Notes: generated by a model not told the origin, from the sequence alone. A stretch of 64,000 nt of DNA from Candidatus Sericytochromatia bacterium (GCA_036676495.1 JAKFCT010000028.1:128001-192000), one strand, 5' to 3'; shown: positions 38,400-49,087, numbered from the stretch's first letter. Program-made: numbers and translations.

Positions 38400-39935
38400 T
38401 TGCAACCCGAGTTCAATCAATTCAACCTGTCCCCCGCCGTGAAGCAGGGGCTCGCCGCCCTGGGCTTCAAGACCCCGACTCCCATCCAAGAGCACGCCAT
38501 CCCCATCGTCCTGGAAGGCCGTGACGCCATCCTCCAGGCCAAGACCGGCTCGGGCAAGACCCTGGCCTTCGGCCTGCCGATCCTCTCGATGCTCAAGCCG
38601 AAGTCGAAGCCGCAAGTGCTCGTCGTGCTTCCGACCCGCGAGCTGGCGATCCAGGTCCGGGACGCCCTCGCCTCGGTGAGCGGCAGCAGCCCCCTGCGCA
38701 TGCTCGCCGTCTACGGCGGAGTGGGACTCGGTCCCCAGGAGAAGGCGCTCACGGAAGGCGTCGACATCGTCATCGGGACCCCGGGACGCTTGAAGGACCT
38801 GATCAACCGCCAGAGCCTCGATCTGAGCCGCGCGCACCTCCTGGTGCTCGACGAAGCCGACGAGATGCTCGACATGGGGTTCCGCCGCGACATCGATTTC
38901 CTGCTGGCGAAGCTGACGTCGCGCAAGCAGACGCTGATCCTGTCCGCGACCATGCCCGAGGCCATCAAGGCGATCGCCCACCAGCACCTCAAGGATCCCG
39001 CCGTCGTCGGCCTGGTCCAGCAGGACGTCACGCCCAGCGAGATCAGCCACCACTTCGTCCGGGTGAAGACCGACCGCCGGCTCGACGCCCTCACCACGCT
39101 GATCCGCACGGAGTCGCCCGAGCGCGCCATCATCTTCACCCGCATGAAGCATGAGACCAAGCGCCTGGCCCAGAAGCTCGAGCGCCTGATGGGCTTCGAG
39201 TTCGGCTTCCTCAACGGCAACATGTCCCAGAACGCCCGCAACCGCATGCTGGAACGGTTCCGCAGTGGCGAGCTCAACTACCTGATCGCCACCGACGTCG
39301 CCGCCCGCGGCCTCGACATCGAAGGCCTCACCCACGTCTTCCACTACGCCGTGCCCAACGTGGTCGAAGCCTACATCCACCGCTCCGGCCGCACCGGCCG
39401 CGCCGGCAAGGAAGGCAAGACCATCTGCCTGGTCACCCCCGATGACGCGGACGCCTTCAAGGCCATCCTGAAGCGCGTCCCCTGCGAGGAAATCCGGATC
39501 GAGCTGCCCGAGGCGAGCGAGTCCGACGGCTTCACCGAGCCGCCCCGGCGCCCCGCCACCCCGCGCAGCCGCCAGGCGACGCCCGCGGCGACCGACGACT
39601 GGAAGAAGTTCAAGCTCAGCCTCCCCAAGCTCCGCGACGCATCGGAGGAGGGCCTGCGCCAGTGGCTGGTCCAGCGGACCGGCATCGCGCCGGCGGCCAT
39701 CCGGGTGATGACGATCGGGCCCGATCATGCGATCGTCGAGGTGGCCGCGCGTAACAGCGAGCGCTTCAAGCAAGCCATTCAACGGCCTCACACCCAAGGG
39801 AATCGTCCCCATGGCGCGCGCCAAGGTCATCGCCCCGACGGTCAGCGAGCCGAAGGGCAACGGCCCGAAGGACCCCGCCATGATCGGGCCAAGGGGCCCG
39901 AGACACGGGGCTCGCAGCCCCAAGGGAGGCGCTAA
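38400..39935 (+). CDS. DEAD-box RNA helicase (paralog 1)
   Basis: TPIQ, AKTGSGKT, PTRELA, TPGR, DEAD, SAT, HRSGRTGR; TTG start. Confidence 0.95.
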   Translation: MQPEFNQFNLSPAVKQGLAALGFKTPTPIQEHAIPIVLEGRDAILQAKTGSGKTLAFGLPILSMLKPKSKPQVLVVLPTRELAIQVRDALASVSGSSPLRMLAVYGGVGLGPQEKALTEGVDIVIGTPGRLKDLINRQSLDLSRAHLLVLDEADEMLDMGFRRDIDFLLAKLTSRKQTLILSATMPEAIKAIAHQHLKDPAVVGLVQQDVTPSEISHHFVRVKTDRRLDALTTLIRTESPERAIIFTRMKHETKRLAQKLERLMGFEFGFLNGNMSQNARNRMLERFRSGELNYLIATDVAARGLDIEGLTHVFHYAVPNVVEAYIHRSGRTGRAGKEGKTICLVTPDDADAFKAILKRVPCEEIRIELPEASESDGFTEPPRRPATPRSRQATPAATDDWKKFKLSLPKLRDASEEGLRQWLVQRTGIAPAAIRVMTIGPDHAIVEVAARNSERFKQAIQRPHTQGNRPHGARQGHRPDGQRAEGQRPEGPRHDRAKGPETRGSQPQGRR

Positions 39936-39938
39936 GCC

Positions 39939-41594
39939 ATGAGCGCGACCATCACGTTCGCCGATCTCGACCTCCGTCCCGAACTCAAGGAGGTCCTCGC
40001 CAAGATGGGCCTGACGAACCCCACCGAGGTTCAGCAGCAGGCCCTGCCCCGCGTGCTCACCGGGCGCGACCTCATGGTCCAATCCCGCACCGGCACCGGC
40101 AAGACCCTCGCCTTCGTCCTGCCCTCCCTGCAGCGCCTCAGCCCCGAGCCCAAGGGCGTCCAGATCCTCGTGATCGCGCCGACCCGCGAGCTGGCAAACC
40201 AAGTGGGCGCCGTCTTCGCCCGCGTCGGCCGCCCCCTGGGCATCCGTCTCGCCACGCTGACGGGTGGGGTCGCGTACGGAGAGCAACTGAAGGCGCTGCG
40301 CCAGGGCGCCCACGTCATCGTGGGAACCCCTGGACGCCTCAACGATCACCTCACCCGCGGCACGCTCGACCTCTCCAACTGCCAGACGGTGGTGCTGGAC
40401 GAGGCCGACGAGATCCTCGACATGGGCTTCCAGGAAGACCTCGAGAAGCTCCTCGGCGCCTTGCCCGCCGAGCGCCAGACCCTGCTCTTCTCGGCCACCC
40501 TCTCGGACGGCATCGAGCGGATCGCCCGCGGCTACATGCGCAACCCGGACCGGCTCGGCCTGACCACCGGCATGGAAGCCTCGACCACCCTGACCCATGC
40601 CCTCTACGAGGTCGCCAAGACCTCCAAGTACGAGGCGCTGGTCAACCTGATCCACACCGAGCAGCCCGAGCTCGCCATCCTCTTCTGCCACACCAAGGCG
40701 GAGACGGAAGAGCTCTCCAAGCGGCTCGCCGATGAGGGCTTCAAGGTCGGCTACCTGAACGGCAACCTGCCGCAGGCCCTGCGCTCCGAGACCCTCGAGG
40801 CGTTCCGGAAGCGCCAGATCACCCTCCTGGTCGCCACCGACGTGGCCGCCCGCGGCATCGACGTCCGCGGCATCACCCACGTCGTCAACTACGACATCCC
40901 CCGCGGCGTCGAGACCTACATCCACCGCTCGGGCCGCGCCGGCCGCGCCGGACAGCCCGGACTCGTCCTCAACCTGATCACGCCCTTCGACCGCAGCAAG
41001 ATCCGCAACATCGTCGCGGAAGCCAAGATCCAGGCCGAGACCCGCCCCATCCCCCAGGGCGACGCGGTCATGCAGAAGCTGCGCGAGAAGTTCTTCGAGA
41101 ACCTGGTCAACCGGATCGACGCCAACGAGTTCGACGACTTCCGCGAGTTCGCCTCCAGCCTCCTGACGAACCTGGATCCGACCGCGCTGGTCGCCGCCCT
41201 CCTCCAGGACGTCCAGACCCATACCGGGTTGCTGGCCGCGGGCTACGACGTGGAGGTTCCCAAACCCAAGCGCAGCGACCGTCCCGAGCGGTCCGAGCGG
41301 CCGCTCCGTGACATGCCCAAGCGCGCGGAGCGCGAGCGGGGCCCCCGCGAGAAGGAAGCCGGCATGACCCGCCTGCGCATCGGTCTCGGCAAGTCCGACC
41401 GCATGCAGCCGGGCTACCTCGTCCGGATCATCTGCGACCGGGCCAAGGTCAAGGGCGAAACCATCGGTGCCATCTCGCTCTTCGCCCGTTACTCGCTCAT
41501 CGACGTGCGGAGTGACGTGGCCGGCAAGGTCGTCTCGGCCCTCAAGGACTTCTCCGACGATCGCGGCCGCCGCTGGACCGTGACGCCGCTCTAG
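39939..41594 (+). CDS. DEAD-box RNA helicase, DeaD/CshA-like with C-terminal DbpA-type RNA-binding domain
   Basis: TGTGKT, PTRELA, DEAD, FSAT, HRSGRAGR; C-terminal RLRIGLGKSD...IGAI. Confidence 0.95.
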   Translation: MSATITFADLDLRPELKEVLAKMGLTNPTEVQQQALPRVLTGRDLMVQSRTGTGKTLAFVLPSLQRLSPEPKGVQILVIAPTRELANQVGAVFARVGRPLGIRLATLTGGVAYGEQLKALRQGAHVIVGTPGRLNDHLTRGTLDLSNCQTVVLDEADEILDMGFQEDLEKLLGALPAERQTLLFSATLSDGIERIARGYMRNPDRLGLTTGMEASTTLTHALYEVAKTSKYEALVNLIHTEQPELAILFCHTKAETEELSKRLADEGFKVGYLNGNLPQALRSETLEAFRKRQITLLVATDVAARGIDVRGITHVVNYDIPRGVETYIHRSGRAGRAGQPGLVLNLITPFDRSKIRNIVAEAKIQAETRPIPQGDAVMQKLREKFFENLVNRIDANEFDDFREFASSLLTNLDPTALVAALLQDVQTHTGLLAAGYDVEVPKPKRSDRPERSERPLRDMPKRAERERGPREKEAGMTRLRIGLGKSDRMQPGYLVRIICDRAKVKGETIGAISLFARYSLIDVRSDVAGKVVSALKDFSDDRGRRWTVTPL

Positions 41595-41608
41595 GCCTTT
41601 TCGGTTAG

Positions 41609-41646
41609 CAATGGCCCCCTGTCACCGAGGTGACAGGGGGCCATTG
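41609..41646. terminator. 18-bp perfect hairpin between convergent genes
   Basis: CAATGGCCCCCTGTCACC-GA-GGTGACAGGGGGCCATTG. Confidence 0.7.
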
Positions 41647-41664
41647 ATCATGAAGTCGGGTTTT

Positions 41665-41706
41665 GCGCCCGCGGCTAAAGATCTAGCGCCCGCGGCTAAA
41701 GACCTA
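41665..41706 (+). repeat. two tandem 21-bp units matching the repeat-family left end
   Basis: GCGCCCGCGGCTAAAGATCTA GCGCCCGCGGCTAAAGACCTA. Confidence 0.8.
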
Positions 41707-42693
41707 GGGAAGCTCTCCGTCCGGCCCGTCCAGCAGCGCGTCCGGCATGACCCCGCCGTTGAAGTAGACGTTCATCGCGGCGGCCGCGACCTCCGGATAA
41801 TCGGTGATGAGGCCGTCGACGCCCTTGCGCAGCGCCTTGAGCATGGTGTTCGAGCGGTTGACCGTGTAGACGTGGGTCTTCAGGCCGGCCTTGTGGATAT
41901 CCTTCACCTCGTCCGCGCTGACGGTGTTATGAAGGAGGTTCAGGCCATCCATCTTGAGGTTGACGGCCTGGCGCCGCTTCGAGCCGAAGGAGTTGGTGAC
42001 GGCGAGGATCGCCATGCTGACCTGCGGCGCCTTCTGGCGCATCTCCCGCATGAAATCGGTATCGAAGGCCATCACCTGGACGTGGGGTTCGTAGTTCTTG
42101 CTCGCGATCAGCGCCGCGATCCGCTCGGCCATGTGCTTGCGCGCGCCCTCGGAGCCGACGTTCTTGACCTCGATGTTGAGCATGGCCTTGCCGTGGACGG
42201 CGTCGAGGGCCTCCTCGAGCGTCGGGACGCGCTCTCCGGCGAACTTGGGATCGAACTTGACGCCGGCATCCAGGGCGCGGATCTGCTCGAGCGTCAGGTC
42301 CTTGACCAGGCCGCTCCCGCTGGTCGTGCGATAGACGGACTGGTCGTGCATGACCACGATCTCGTTGTCCTTGGTCAGCTGGACGTCGATCTCGACCATG
42401 TCGGCGCCGGCGTCCACGGCTGCACGAATCGCGCTGAGCGTGTTCTCGGGGTAGCGGGACGAATAGCCGCGGTGTGCGATGATCCGCGCGGCGAAGCGGG
42501 GGGTTTGGACAGGGACCGGCTCCAGGTGGAGATGCGGGATCTCGCTCAGCAAGCCGAAGCTTCCGACGGCGTTGGCCGGCGTCCCTCCCGTCGGGATCGG
42601 CAGCGAGCAGCCCGCCAGGAGGCTCATGGCCCCCACGGCGACGAGCGCCTGCCCGATCAGATGGTGGACTCCCTTGCGAACGCGATCTCCCAC
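41704..42693 (-). CDS. glycerophosphodiester phosphodiesterase, probable lipoprotein
   Basis: IAHRG...PENT, EIDV..TKD, VMHD, NIEVK, GLITDYP; lipobox LAGC. Confidence 0.93.
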   Translation of the reverse strand: MGDRVRKGVHHLIGQALVAVGAMSLLAGCSLPIPTGGTPANAVGSFGLLSEIPHLHLEPVPVQTPRFAARIIAHRGYSSRYPENTLSAIRAAVDAGADMVEIDVQLTKDNEIVVMHDQSVYRTTSGSGLVKDLTLEQIRALDAGVKFDPKFAGERVPTLEEALDAVHGKAMLNIEVKNVGSEGARKHMAERIAALIASKNYEPHVQVMAFDTDFMREMRQKAPQVSMAILAVTNSFGSKRRQAVNLKMDGLNLLHNTVSADEVKDIHKAGLKTHVYTVNRSNTMLKALRKGVDGLITDYPEVAAAAMNVYFNGGVMPDALLDGPDGELP

Positions 42694-42828
42694 GTTGCCC
42701 CCTCCCCACTAGCTTGCCCCGTCAATGAGGCGTTAACGATTGTTGCTGGAGTTATCGCCCCGAAGGGCGGGAGGATTCTTAAAGCCGGGATAAGCTTGAG
42801 CTAAGACCTCGATCCTCCGTTCGTTTCC

Positions 42829-43425
42829 TCAGTCTCCCTGGCGCTTGAGGTAGGCCCTCACGTGCTTGATGGTGTCAGGAAGCATGCTCGCCTGGAACTG
42901 GTTGAGCAGCCAGGCCGGCAGGAAGGGAATGCCGGGGTCGGCCTTCGCCACGTAGTAGACGTGGCAGCGATCCGGGCCCTTCGGCACGGCCTTCACGAAC
43001 CCGCTGTACGAGAGGATGCTGCCGTCGACGCGGTTGAAGCTGAAGGAGAGGTCGTCGGGCTCGACGCGCGTTTCGTTGACCACCCACTTGTCGCCGATGG
43101 GCCAGGGGACCTGGATCGTCGCCCGTACGTGCAGGACGTTGCCCTCGTTGCGCAGGATGCGGGAATCCTTCACGTAGAAGATCTGGTCGTAGCGCGCGAA
43201 GTCCGTGAAGGCGGCGAAGGTGCGCCGCGCCGACGCGTTGACCTGACCCACGACCCGGAAGTGCTTCACGTCCGACCCGGAGTTCTCGACGTTGACCACG
43301 ATCTCGCCGCGCTCGACCCGAGCCGCCTCTTCGGCGCTCAACGCGTCGAAGGTGGGGGCTGCGTGGGCGGGAGAGCCAAACAGCAAGAGACCGGCCAGGC
43401 CGGCAATGGCCAAAAGGTTCTTCAA
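42829..43425 (-). CDS. exported SRPBCC/START-like protein
   Basis: signal peptide (AHA), TDFARY, PWPIGD, FLPAWLLN pattern. Confidence 0.7.
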   Translation of the reverse strand: MKNLLAIAGLAGLLLFGSPAHAAPTFDALSAEEAARVERGEIVVNVENSGSDVKHFRVVGQVNASARRTFAAFTDFARYDQIFYVKDSRILRNEGNVLHVRATIQVPWPIGDKWVVNETRVEPDDLSFSFNRVDGSILSYSGFVKAVPKGPDRCHVYYVAKADPGIPFLPAWLLNQFQASMLPDTIKHVRAYLKRQGD

Positions 43426-43612
43426 GAGACGCTTCCTATCGGAGACCCGCCCGCAAAGGCCGCTGAGCAGGGAAAGGGGGCTTCGCGATTATATCGCAAA
43501 GCTACGCCCTGGACTACAAGCAGGCCTATCGCTTTGTTACGCGCCGCCCCATCGCTTGCATCGCGGGGGAGAACCGTGATAGTTTAGATCCTCAACTATC
43601 TTGCGAGGCCCC

Positions 43613-44041
43613 ATGTCCGATCTGATCGCGTCCCAGCTCCTCCAGCTCTTCCGGATGACCAAGCAGCGCCTCCAGGCGATCGCCGAGCGTCATGCCCTGA
43701 CCTTCCCCCAGCTCATCGCCCTCTTCCGCCTCTACCGGCACGGCTCGATGACCATGTCCGACCTGACGGCTCGCCTCGGCGTCACCCGCGGAGCGCTGAC
43801 CGGCCTGGTCGACCGCCTCGAGGAGGCCGGCCTCATGGCCCGCCACCCCGACGCGGAGGATCGTCGCGTCATCCACCTCGCCCTCACCGCCCATGCCCGG
43901 ACGGTCATGGCGGCCTTCGAGGACGACTGGAACCACGCGGTCCAGGACTGGCTCTCCCCCCTGGACGACGCCACCCGGCAAGGGTTTACCCAAGGCTTGA
44001 ACGCCCTCTTGGAACAGGAGCCGTCCCATGACCCCCAATAG
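43613..44041 (+). CDS. MarR family transcriptional regulator
   Basis: LTFPQ, TGLVDRLEEAGL, EDRR. Confidence 0.93.
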   Translation: MSDLIASQLLQLFRMTKQRLQAIAERHALTFPQLIALFRLYRHGSMTMSDLTARLGVTRGALTGLVDRLEEAGLMARHPDAEDRRVIHLALTAHARTVMAAFEDDWNHAVQDWLSPLDDATRQGFTQGLNALLEQEPSHDPQ

Positions 44042-45623
44042 AAACCTCATCATGGGCGGCGTCCTACTCTCGCTCGTGCTCGCCTCCCTCAACCAGACCA
44101 TGGTCACCACCGCCATGCCCCGCATCATCGCGTCGCTCGGCGGAATGGATTGGTACTCCTGGGTCTTCTCGGCCTACATGCTCTCCGCGACGGTCTTCGT
44201 CCCCGTCTTCGGCAAGCTCTCCGACCAGTTCGGACGCCGCCCCCTCATCCTCATGGGCATCGGCCTCTTCACCCTGGGAGCGCTCCTTTCCGGGCTGGCC
44301 CAGGACATGACCCAGCTGATCCTCTTCCGCGCCATCCAGGGCCTGGGAGCGAGCGCCATGATGCCGGTCTCGTTCGCCGTGGTCGCCGATATCTACCCGC
44401 CTCACGAACGCGGAAAGTCCCAGGGCATCATCGGGGCGGCCTTCGGGATCGCGAGCTTCATCGGCCCCCTCGTCGGAGGCTGGATCACCGACCACACCTC
44501 CTGGCGCTGGGCCTTCCTCGTCAACGTCCCGGTGGGCCTGCTCGCCCTGGCCATCTCCCGCGCCACCCTGCCTCGCCCCCAGCCCCGCCAGGAGCGCGTC
44601 CACGTCGACTACACCGGAGCGACCCTCCTGGTCGCCGCCACCTCGGCGATCCTGCTGCTCACCAGCCTCGGGGGATCCCAGTTCCCCTGGGCCTCCCTGC
44701 CGAGCTTCCTGCTGGGCGGCGCTGGCCTCGTTTTCGGCCTCGCGTTCCTCTGGGCCGAGACCCGCGCCAAGGAGCCGATTCTTCCCCTGGAGCTCTTCAA
44801 GAACCCGGTCTTCGCCGTCGCCGTCACCACCTCGCTGCTCACGGGCGTGATCATGTTCGGCAACACCATGTTCATCCCCCTCTTCGTCCAGGGAGTCATC
44901 GGCACCAGCGCCACCGCCGCCGGCTTGATCCTGACCCCCTTGATGCTGAGCAACGTCGCCGGAAGCACCGTGAGCGGCAACCTCGCCTCGCGGACCGGCC
45001 GCTACCGCTGGCTGGCCCTGAGCGGCCTCGTCATCCTGGTCGTCGGAGAGATCCTGCTGACCCGCATGACCGCCGACACCAGCAACGCCCAGGCGGTCCT
45101 CAACATGATCGTCGTTGGCTTCGGCCTCGGCGTCACGATGCCGATCTTCGTCCTGGCCGTCCAGAACGCGGTGCCGCCGCGGCAGATCGGCTCGGTGACC
45201 GCGCTGGTCCAGTTCTTCCGCTCGATGGGCGGCACGCTGGGCGTCGCCGGCCTGGGCGCCGTCCTCTCGCATCACATGGCCCAGGAGATGAAAGCCGTCT
45301 TCCCGGGCATGGCCGAAGACGCCATGCCGAGCCCGCAGGCCCTCATGGCGCCCGAAGCCACGGCGGCCATTCCCGAGGCCGTTCAACAGGCCCTGCAACA
45401 GGTGCTCAGCCACGGCCTGCATCAGGTCTTCCTCTACGGCGTGATCGTCGCGGCGAGCGCCGTGACCGTCGCGCTCTTCCTGAAGGACCTGCCCCTGCGC
45501 AAGACTACCCTGCCTCCCGTGCAGAAGGCCGGCGAGGAGCTGGCGGCCGAAGGCTTCCCCGCCGCCGTCCTGCGCGCGCAGGACGAGCCCGACCTCTTCG
45601 ACGAGAAGGAGTCGACCCGGTAG
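44028..45623 (+). CDS. DHA2 (EmrB/QacA-type) 14-TM MFS efflux pump
   Basis: GKLSDQFGRR, RAIQGLG, GPLVGGWITD..SWRWAF.VNVPVG, EPILPL.LF. Confidence 0.93.
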   Translation: MTPNRNLIMGGVLLSLVLASLNQTMVTTAMPRIIASLGGMDWYSWVFSAYMLSATVFVPVFGKLSDQFGRRPLILMGIGLFTLGALLSGLAQDMTQLILFRAIQGLGASAMMPVSFAVVADIYPPHERGKSQGIIGAAFGIASFIGPLVGGWITDHTSWRWAFLVNVPVGLLALAISRATLPRPQPRQERVHVDYTGATLLVAATSAILLLTSLGGSQFPWASLPSFLLGGAGLVFGLAFLWAETRAKEPILPLELFKNPVFAVAVTTSLLTGVIMFGNTMFIPLFVQGVIGTSATAAGLILTPLMLSNVAGSTVSGNLASRTGRYRWLALSGLVILVVGEILLTRMTADTSNAQAVLNMIVVGFGLGVTMPIFVLAVQNAVPPRQIGSVTALVQFFRSMGGTLGVAGLGAVLSHHMAQEMKAVFPGMAEDAMPSPQALMAPEATAAIPEAVQQALQQVLSHGLHQVFLYGVIVAASAVTVALFLKDLPLRKTTLPPVQKAGEELAAEGFPAAVLRAQDEPDLFDEKESTR

Positions 45624-45643
45624 CGCCGACCCATTCAAACCCA

Positions 45644-45691
45644 CAAGACGAAAGCGGCCCCCGGATTGCTCCGGGGGCCGCTTTCGTCTTG
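45644..45691. terminator. 22-bp hairpin between convergent genes
   Basis: CAAGACGAAAGCGGCCCCCGGA-TTGC-TCCGGGGGCCGCTTTCGTCTTG. Confidence 0.75.
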
Positions 45692-45707
45692 GGATTCGGG
45701 GTTCGGT

Positions 45708-47147
45708 TTACTCGGCGGCCTTGACCAGGTCCTCGATGACCTTCTTGGCGTCGCCGAAGACCATCATGGTCTTGTCCATGTAGAAGAGCTCGTTGTCGAG
45801 GCCGGCGTAGCCGGAAGCCATCGAGCGCTTGTTGACGATGACGGTCTTGGCCTTGTAGGCATCCAGGATGGGCATGCCCGCGATGGGGGACTTGGGATCG
45901 GTCTTGGCGGCCGGGTTGACGACGTCGTTCGCGCCGACGACCAGGACCACGTCGGCCTGACCGAACTCGGAGTTGATGTCCTCCATCTCGAAGACCTGGT
46001 CGTAAGGGACTTCCGCCTCGGCCAGGAGGACGTTCATGTGGCCGGGCATACGGCCCGCGACCGGGTGGATGGCGTACTTCACGGTGACGCCCTTGTGGGT
46101 GAGCTTCTCGACCAGCTCCTTGAGGGCGTGCTGGGCGCGTGCCACGGCGAGGCCGTAGCCCGGAACGATGATCACGGTCTCGGCGTTGCCCATGATGAAG
46201 GCCGCATCGTCGGGGGATCCCGACTTCACGGGCCGCTGCACCTGAGCGCCGGCGGGTCCCGCGTCGGCTTCGCCGCCGAAGCCGCCCAGGATGACGCTGA
46301 AGAACGAGCGATTCATCGCCTTGCACATGATGTACGAGAGGATGGCGCCCGAGCTACCGACCAGGGAGCCGGCGATGATCAGCATCGAGTTATTGAGCGA
46401 GAAGCCGATGCCCGCGGCCGCCCAGCCCGAGTAGGAGTTGAGCATCGAGACGACGACGGGCATGTCGGCGCCGCCGATGGGGATGATGAGCAGGACGCCG
46501 AGGACGAAGGCGATGCCCAGCATCACCAGGAACGGCAGCCATTGCTGGGTGACGGCGAAGGCCACGCCGAAGCCGATCATCAACAGCCCCAGGGCGAGGT
46601 TCAGCATGTGCTGGCCCTTGAACGTGACCGGAGAGCCTTGGAAGAGCCGGAACTTGTACTTGCCCGACAGCTTGCCGAAGGCGATGACCGAGCCCGAGAA
46701 GGTGATGGCGCCCACGAAGGCTCCGACGAAGAGCTCGATGCGGTTGCCGAAGGGCACGGAGCCGTCCGGAGCGGCGATCCCGAAGGCCGCGGGCTCCGCG
46801 ACCACGGCGACCGCGATGCAAACGGCCGCCAGACCGATCAGCGAGTGCATGGCGGCGACCAGTTCGGGCATCTTGGTCATCTCGACCCGCTTGGCCAGGT
46901 AGGTGCCGATGCCGCCGCCGACGACCAGGCCGCCGGCGATGAGGCCGAGGCCCATGCCGAGGTGCGAGCCGAGCTCGGAGCCATGGCTGACGATCAGGGC
47001 GAGGGTGGTGACGACGGCGATCGCCATGCCGATCATGCCGAAGGCGTTGCCCTTGCGGGCGCTACTCGGATGCGACAGGCCCTTCAGCGCTTCGATGAAG
47101 CAGACCGAGGCCACCAGGTACAGGAGTGCGACGAGATTCATGCTCAT
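45708..47147 (-). CDS. pntB: NAD(P) transhydrogenase beta subunit
   Basis: [42 protein letters not shown]. Confidence 0.97.
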   Translation of the reverse strand: MSMNLVALLYLVASVCFIEALKGLSHPSSARKGNAFGMIGMAIAVVTTLALIVSHGSELGSHLGMGLGLIAGGLVVGGGIGTYLAKRVEMTKMPELVAAMHSLIGLAAVCIAVAVVAEPAAFGIAAPDGSVPFGNRIELFVGAFVGAITFSGSVIAFGKLSGKYKFRLFQGSPVTFKGQHMLNLALGLLMIGFGVAFAVTQQWLPFLVMLGIAFVLGVLLIIPIGGADMPVVVSMLNSYSGWAAAGIGFSLNNSMLIIAGSLVGSSGAILSYIMCKAMNRSFFSVILGGFGGEADAGPAGAQVQRPVKSGSPDDAAFIMGNAETVIIVPGYGLAVARAQHALKELVEKLTHKGVTVKYAIHPVAGRMPGHMNVLLAEAEVPYDQVFEMEDINSEFGQADVVLVVGANDVVNPAAKTDPKSPIAGMPILDAYKAKTVIVNKRSMASGYAGLDNELFYMDKTMMVFGDAKKVIEDLVKAAE

Positions 47148-47470
47148 GACTGGCCTCCCCGGCCTTCAGATTTCGGCAGCTTGGTTTCTTTCTTCTTGAA
47201 CATCTCGAGCATCCGCTGGGTGACCAGGAAGCCGCCGAAGACGTTCACGGCCGCCAGGGCGACGGCCAGGGTCCCCATCGACATGCCGACGAGGCCGGTG
47301 GTCTGTCCGGCGGCCAAGAGGGCGCCGACGATGATGATGGCCGAGATCGCGTTGGTGACCGCCATCAAGGGGGTGTGCAGGGCGGGGGTGACCCGCCAGA
47401 CCACGTGGTAGCCCACGTAGATCGCCAGCACGAAGATGATCAGGTTGATTATGGTGTGGTCGATTTCCAT
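47144..47470 (-). CDS. pntAB: NAD(P) transhydrogenase alpha subunit part 2
   Basis: [29 protein letters not shown]. Confidence 0.96.
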   Translation of the reverse strand: MEIDHTIINLIIFVLAIYVGYHVVWRVTPALHTPLMAVTNAISAIIIVGALLAAGQTTGLVGMSMGTLAVALAAVNVFGGFLVTQRMLEMFKKKETKLPKSEGRGGQS

Positions 47471-47490
47471 CGCCTCTAGTCTCCTCGTAG

Positions 47491-48648
47491 CTACTTCGCG
47501 ACCGGGGCGGCGCTGGGGGTCGCGGGCGCGGCGTTCTGCCGGAGCACCGCGCCGTCGGCGCAGACCAGCGAGGCCGCGAGGATCTCGTCCGTTCGGTCGA
47601 GCGTGAAATTGCCGTCCTTGTCGAAGAGCAGCTTCAGGAAGTCGAGCACGTTACGGGCGTAGAGGGCCGAGGCGTCCGCGGCCACCATGGCCGGGAGGTT
47701 CGCCTCGCCGATGAGATGCACTCCGTACTTGGTGACGGTCTTGCCGAGTTCGGAAAGCGGGCAGTTCCCGCCTTGCTCGACGGCGAGGTCGACGATCACC
47801 GAGCCCGGCTTCATCTCCTTGACGGTCTCCTCGCGCAGCAGCACCGGCGCCTTGCGGCCCGGAATCAGCGCGGTGGTGATGATGATGTCGGCTTGCTTGG
47901 CGCGCTCATGCACCAGCTCGGCCTGACGGCGCATCCAGTCGGCGGGCATGGGGCGGGCGTAGCCGCCGACGCCCTGGGCGATCTCGCGCTCCTCGTCGGT
48001 CAGGTAGGGGACGTCGAGGAACTTCGCGCCGAGGGATTCGACCTGCTCCTTGACCGCGGGGCGGACGTCGGAGGCCTCGATGACGGCTCCGAGGCGCTTG
48101 GCGGTGGCGATCGCCTGCAAGCCCGCGACGCCGGCGCCCAGGATCAGCACCCGGGCGGCCTTGACCGTGCCCGCCGCCGTCATCAGCATCGGCATGAAGC
48201 GCTGGTAGGTGTTAGCCGCGATCATGACGGCCTTGTAGCCGGCGATGTTGGCCTGCGAGGACAGGACGTCCATCGACTGGGCGCGCGTGATGCGGGGAAC
48301 CGCCTCCAGCGCGAACGCCGTCAGCTTGCCGTCGGCCATCGCCGCCAGGTTCTCCGTATCGAACGGGTTGAGCATGCCGATCAAGACGGCCCCAGGCTGC
48401 ATCATGGCGCGCTCCTCGGAGCGCGGAGCCCGAACTTTCAAGACCATCTCGCTGCCCAAGGCCTCGGCGGCTGAGCCGATTTCCGCCCCCGCCGCGACGT
48501 AGGCCGCGTCGGGGAGGCTGGCGCCGTTGCCGGCGCCCGCTTGCACGATGACGCGATGCTTCGCGGCGATCAGCTTCTTTACCGTCTCGGGGGTGGCGGC
48601 GACGCGGGTTTCCCCGGGCCAGGTCTCGGCGGGAATGCCGATTCTCAT
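47491..48648 (-). CDS. pntAA: NAD(P) transhydrogenase alpha subunit part 1
   Basis: [38 protein letters not shown]. Confidence 0.97.
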   Translation of the reverse strand: MRIGIPAETWPGETRVAATPETVKKLIAAKHRVIVQAGAGNGASLPDAAYVAAGAEIGSAAEALGSEMVLKVRAPRSEERAMMQPGAVLIGMLNPFDTENLAAMADGKLTAFALEAVPRITRAQSMDVLSSQANIAGYKAVMIAANTYQRFMPMLMTAAGTVKAARVLILGAGVAGLQAIATAKRLGAVIEASDVRPAVKEQVESLGAKFLDVPYLTDEEREIAQGVGGYARPMPADWMRRQAELVHERAKQADIIITTALIPGRKAPVLLREETVKEMKPGSVIVDLAVEQGGNCPLSELGKTVTKYGVHLIGEANLPAMVAADASALYARNVLDFLKLLFDKDGNFTLDRTDEILAASLVCADGAVLRQNAAPATPSAAPVAK

Positions 48649-49040
48649 TGATCCCTCCCTATCTACTCGGTGGTGGAGAGCGTCAGTACTTCTTGACTGA
48701 GCGGTGGTCCGGCCCGTAACACGCGGGATGCGCCTTGCGGACGGGGGCAGAAGCGCCCTGGACCAGGTTACTTGCCATTATCAACTAATCCAGCCGGTTT
48801 TCGGTCAGTAATAAGAACCGATCATCCGTATTAACCATTATATTCGCACGCGGGCCCAAAGTTTCGAAGGCACGCCCCCACGGCGCTTCCCCCTCGCGGC
48901 TTTCTACGGAGATCCGCGCGACTTCCCCCTTTTTACCCCGAATCCCCGCGCAATCCCAGGCCGTGAAGCCCCTTCCTCGACCCAAGCACCCCAAGAGCGG
49001 CCCCTTAATGGCCTTTCCACCCTCATCCTTCCAAATAAAC

Positions 49041-49075
49041 GAGGGCTGGACCGACATACAGCCGGTCCAGCCCTC
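49041..49075 (-). terminator. intrinsic terminator after PFOR
   Basis: 13-bp stem GAGGGCTGGACCG/CGGTCCAGCCCTC followed by GTTTATTT on the minus strand. Confidence 0.75.
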
Positions 49076-49087
49076 TTCAAGTCCGCG

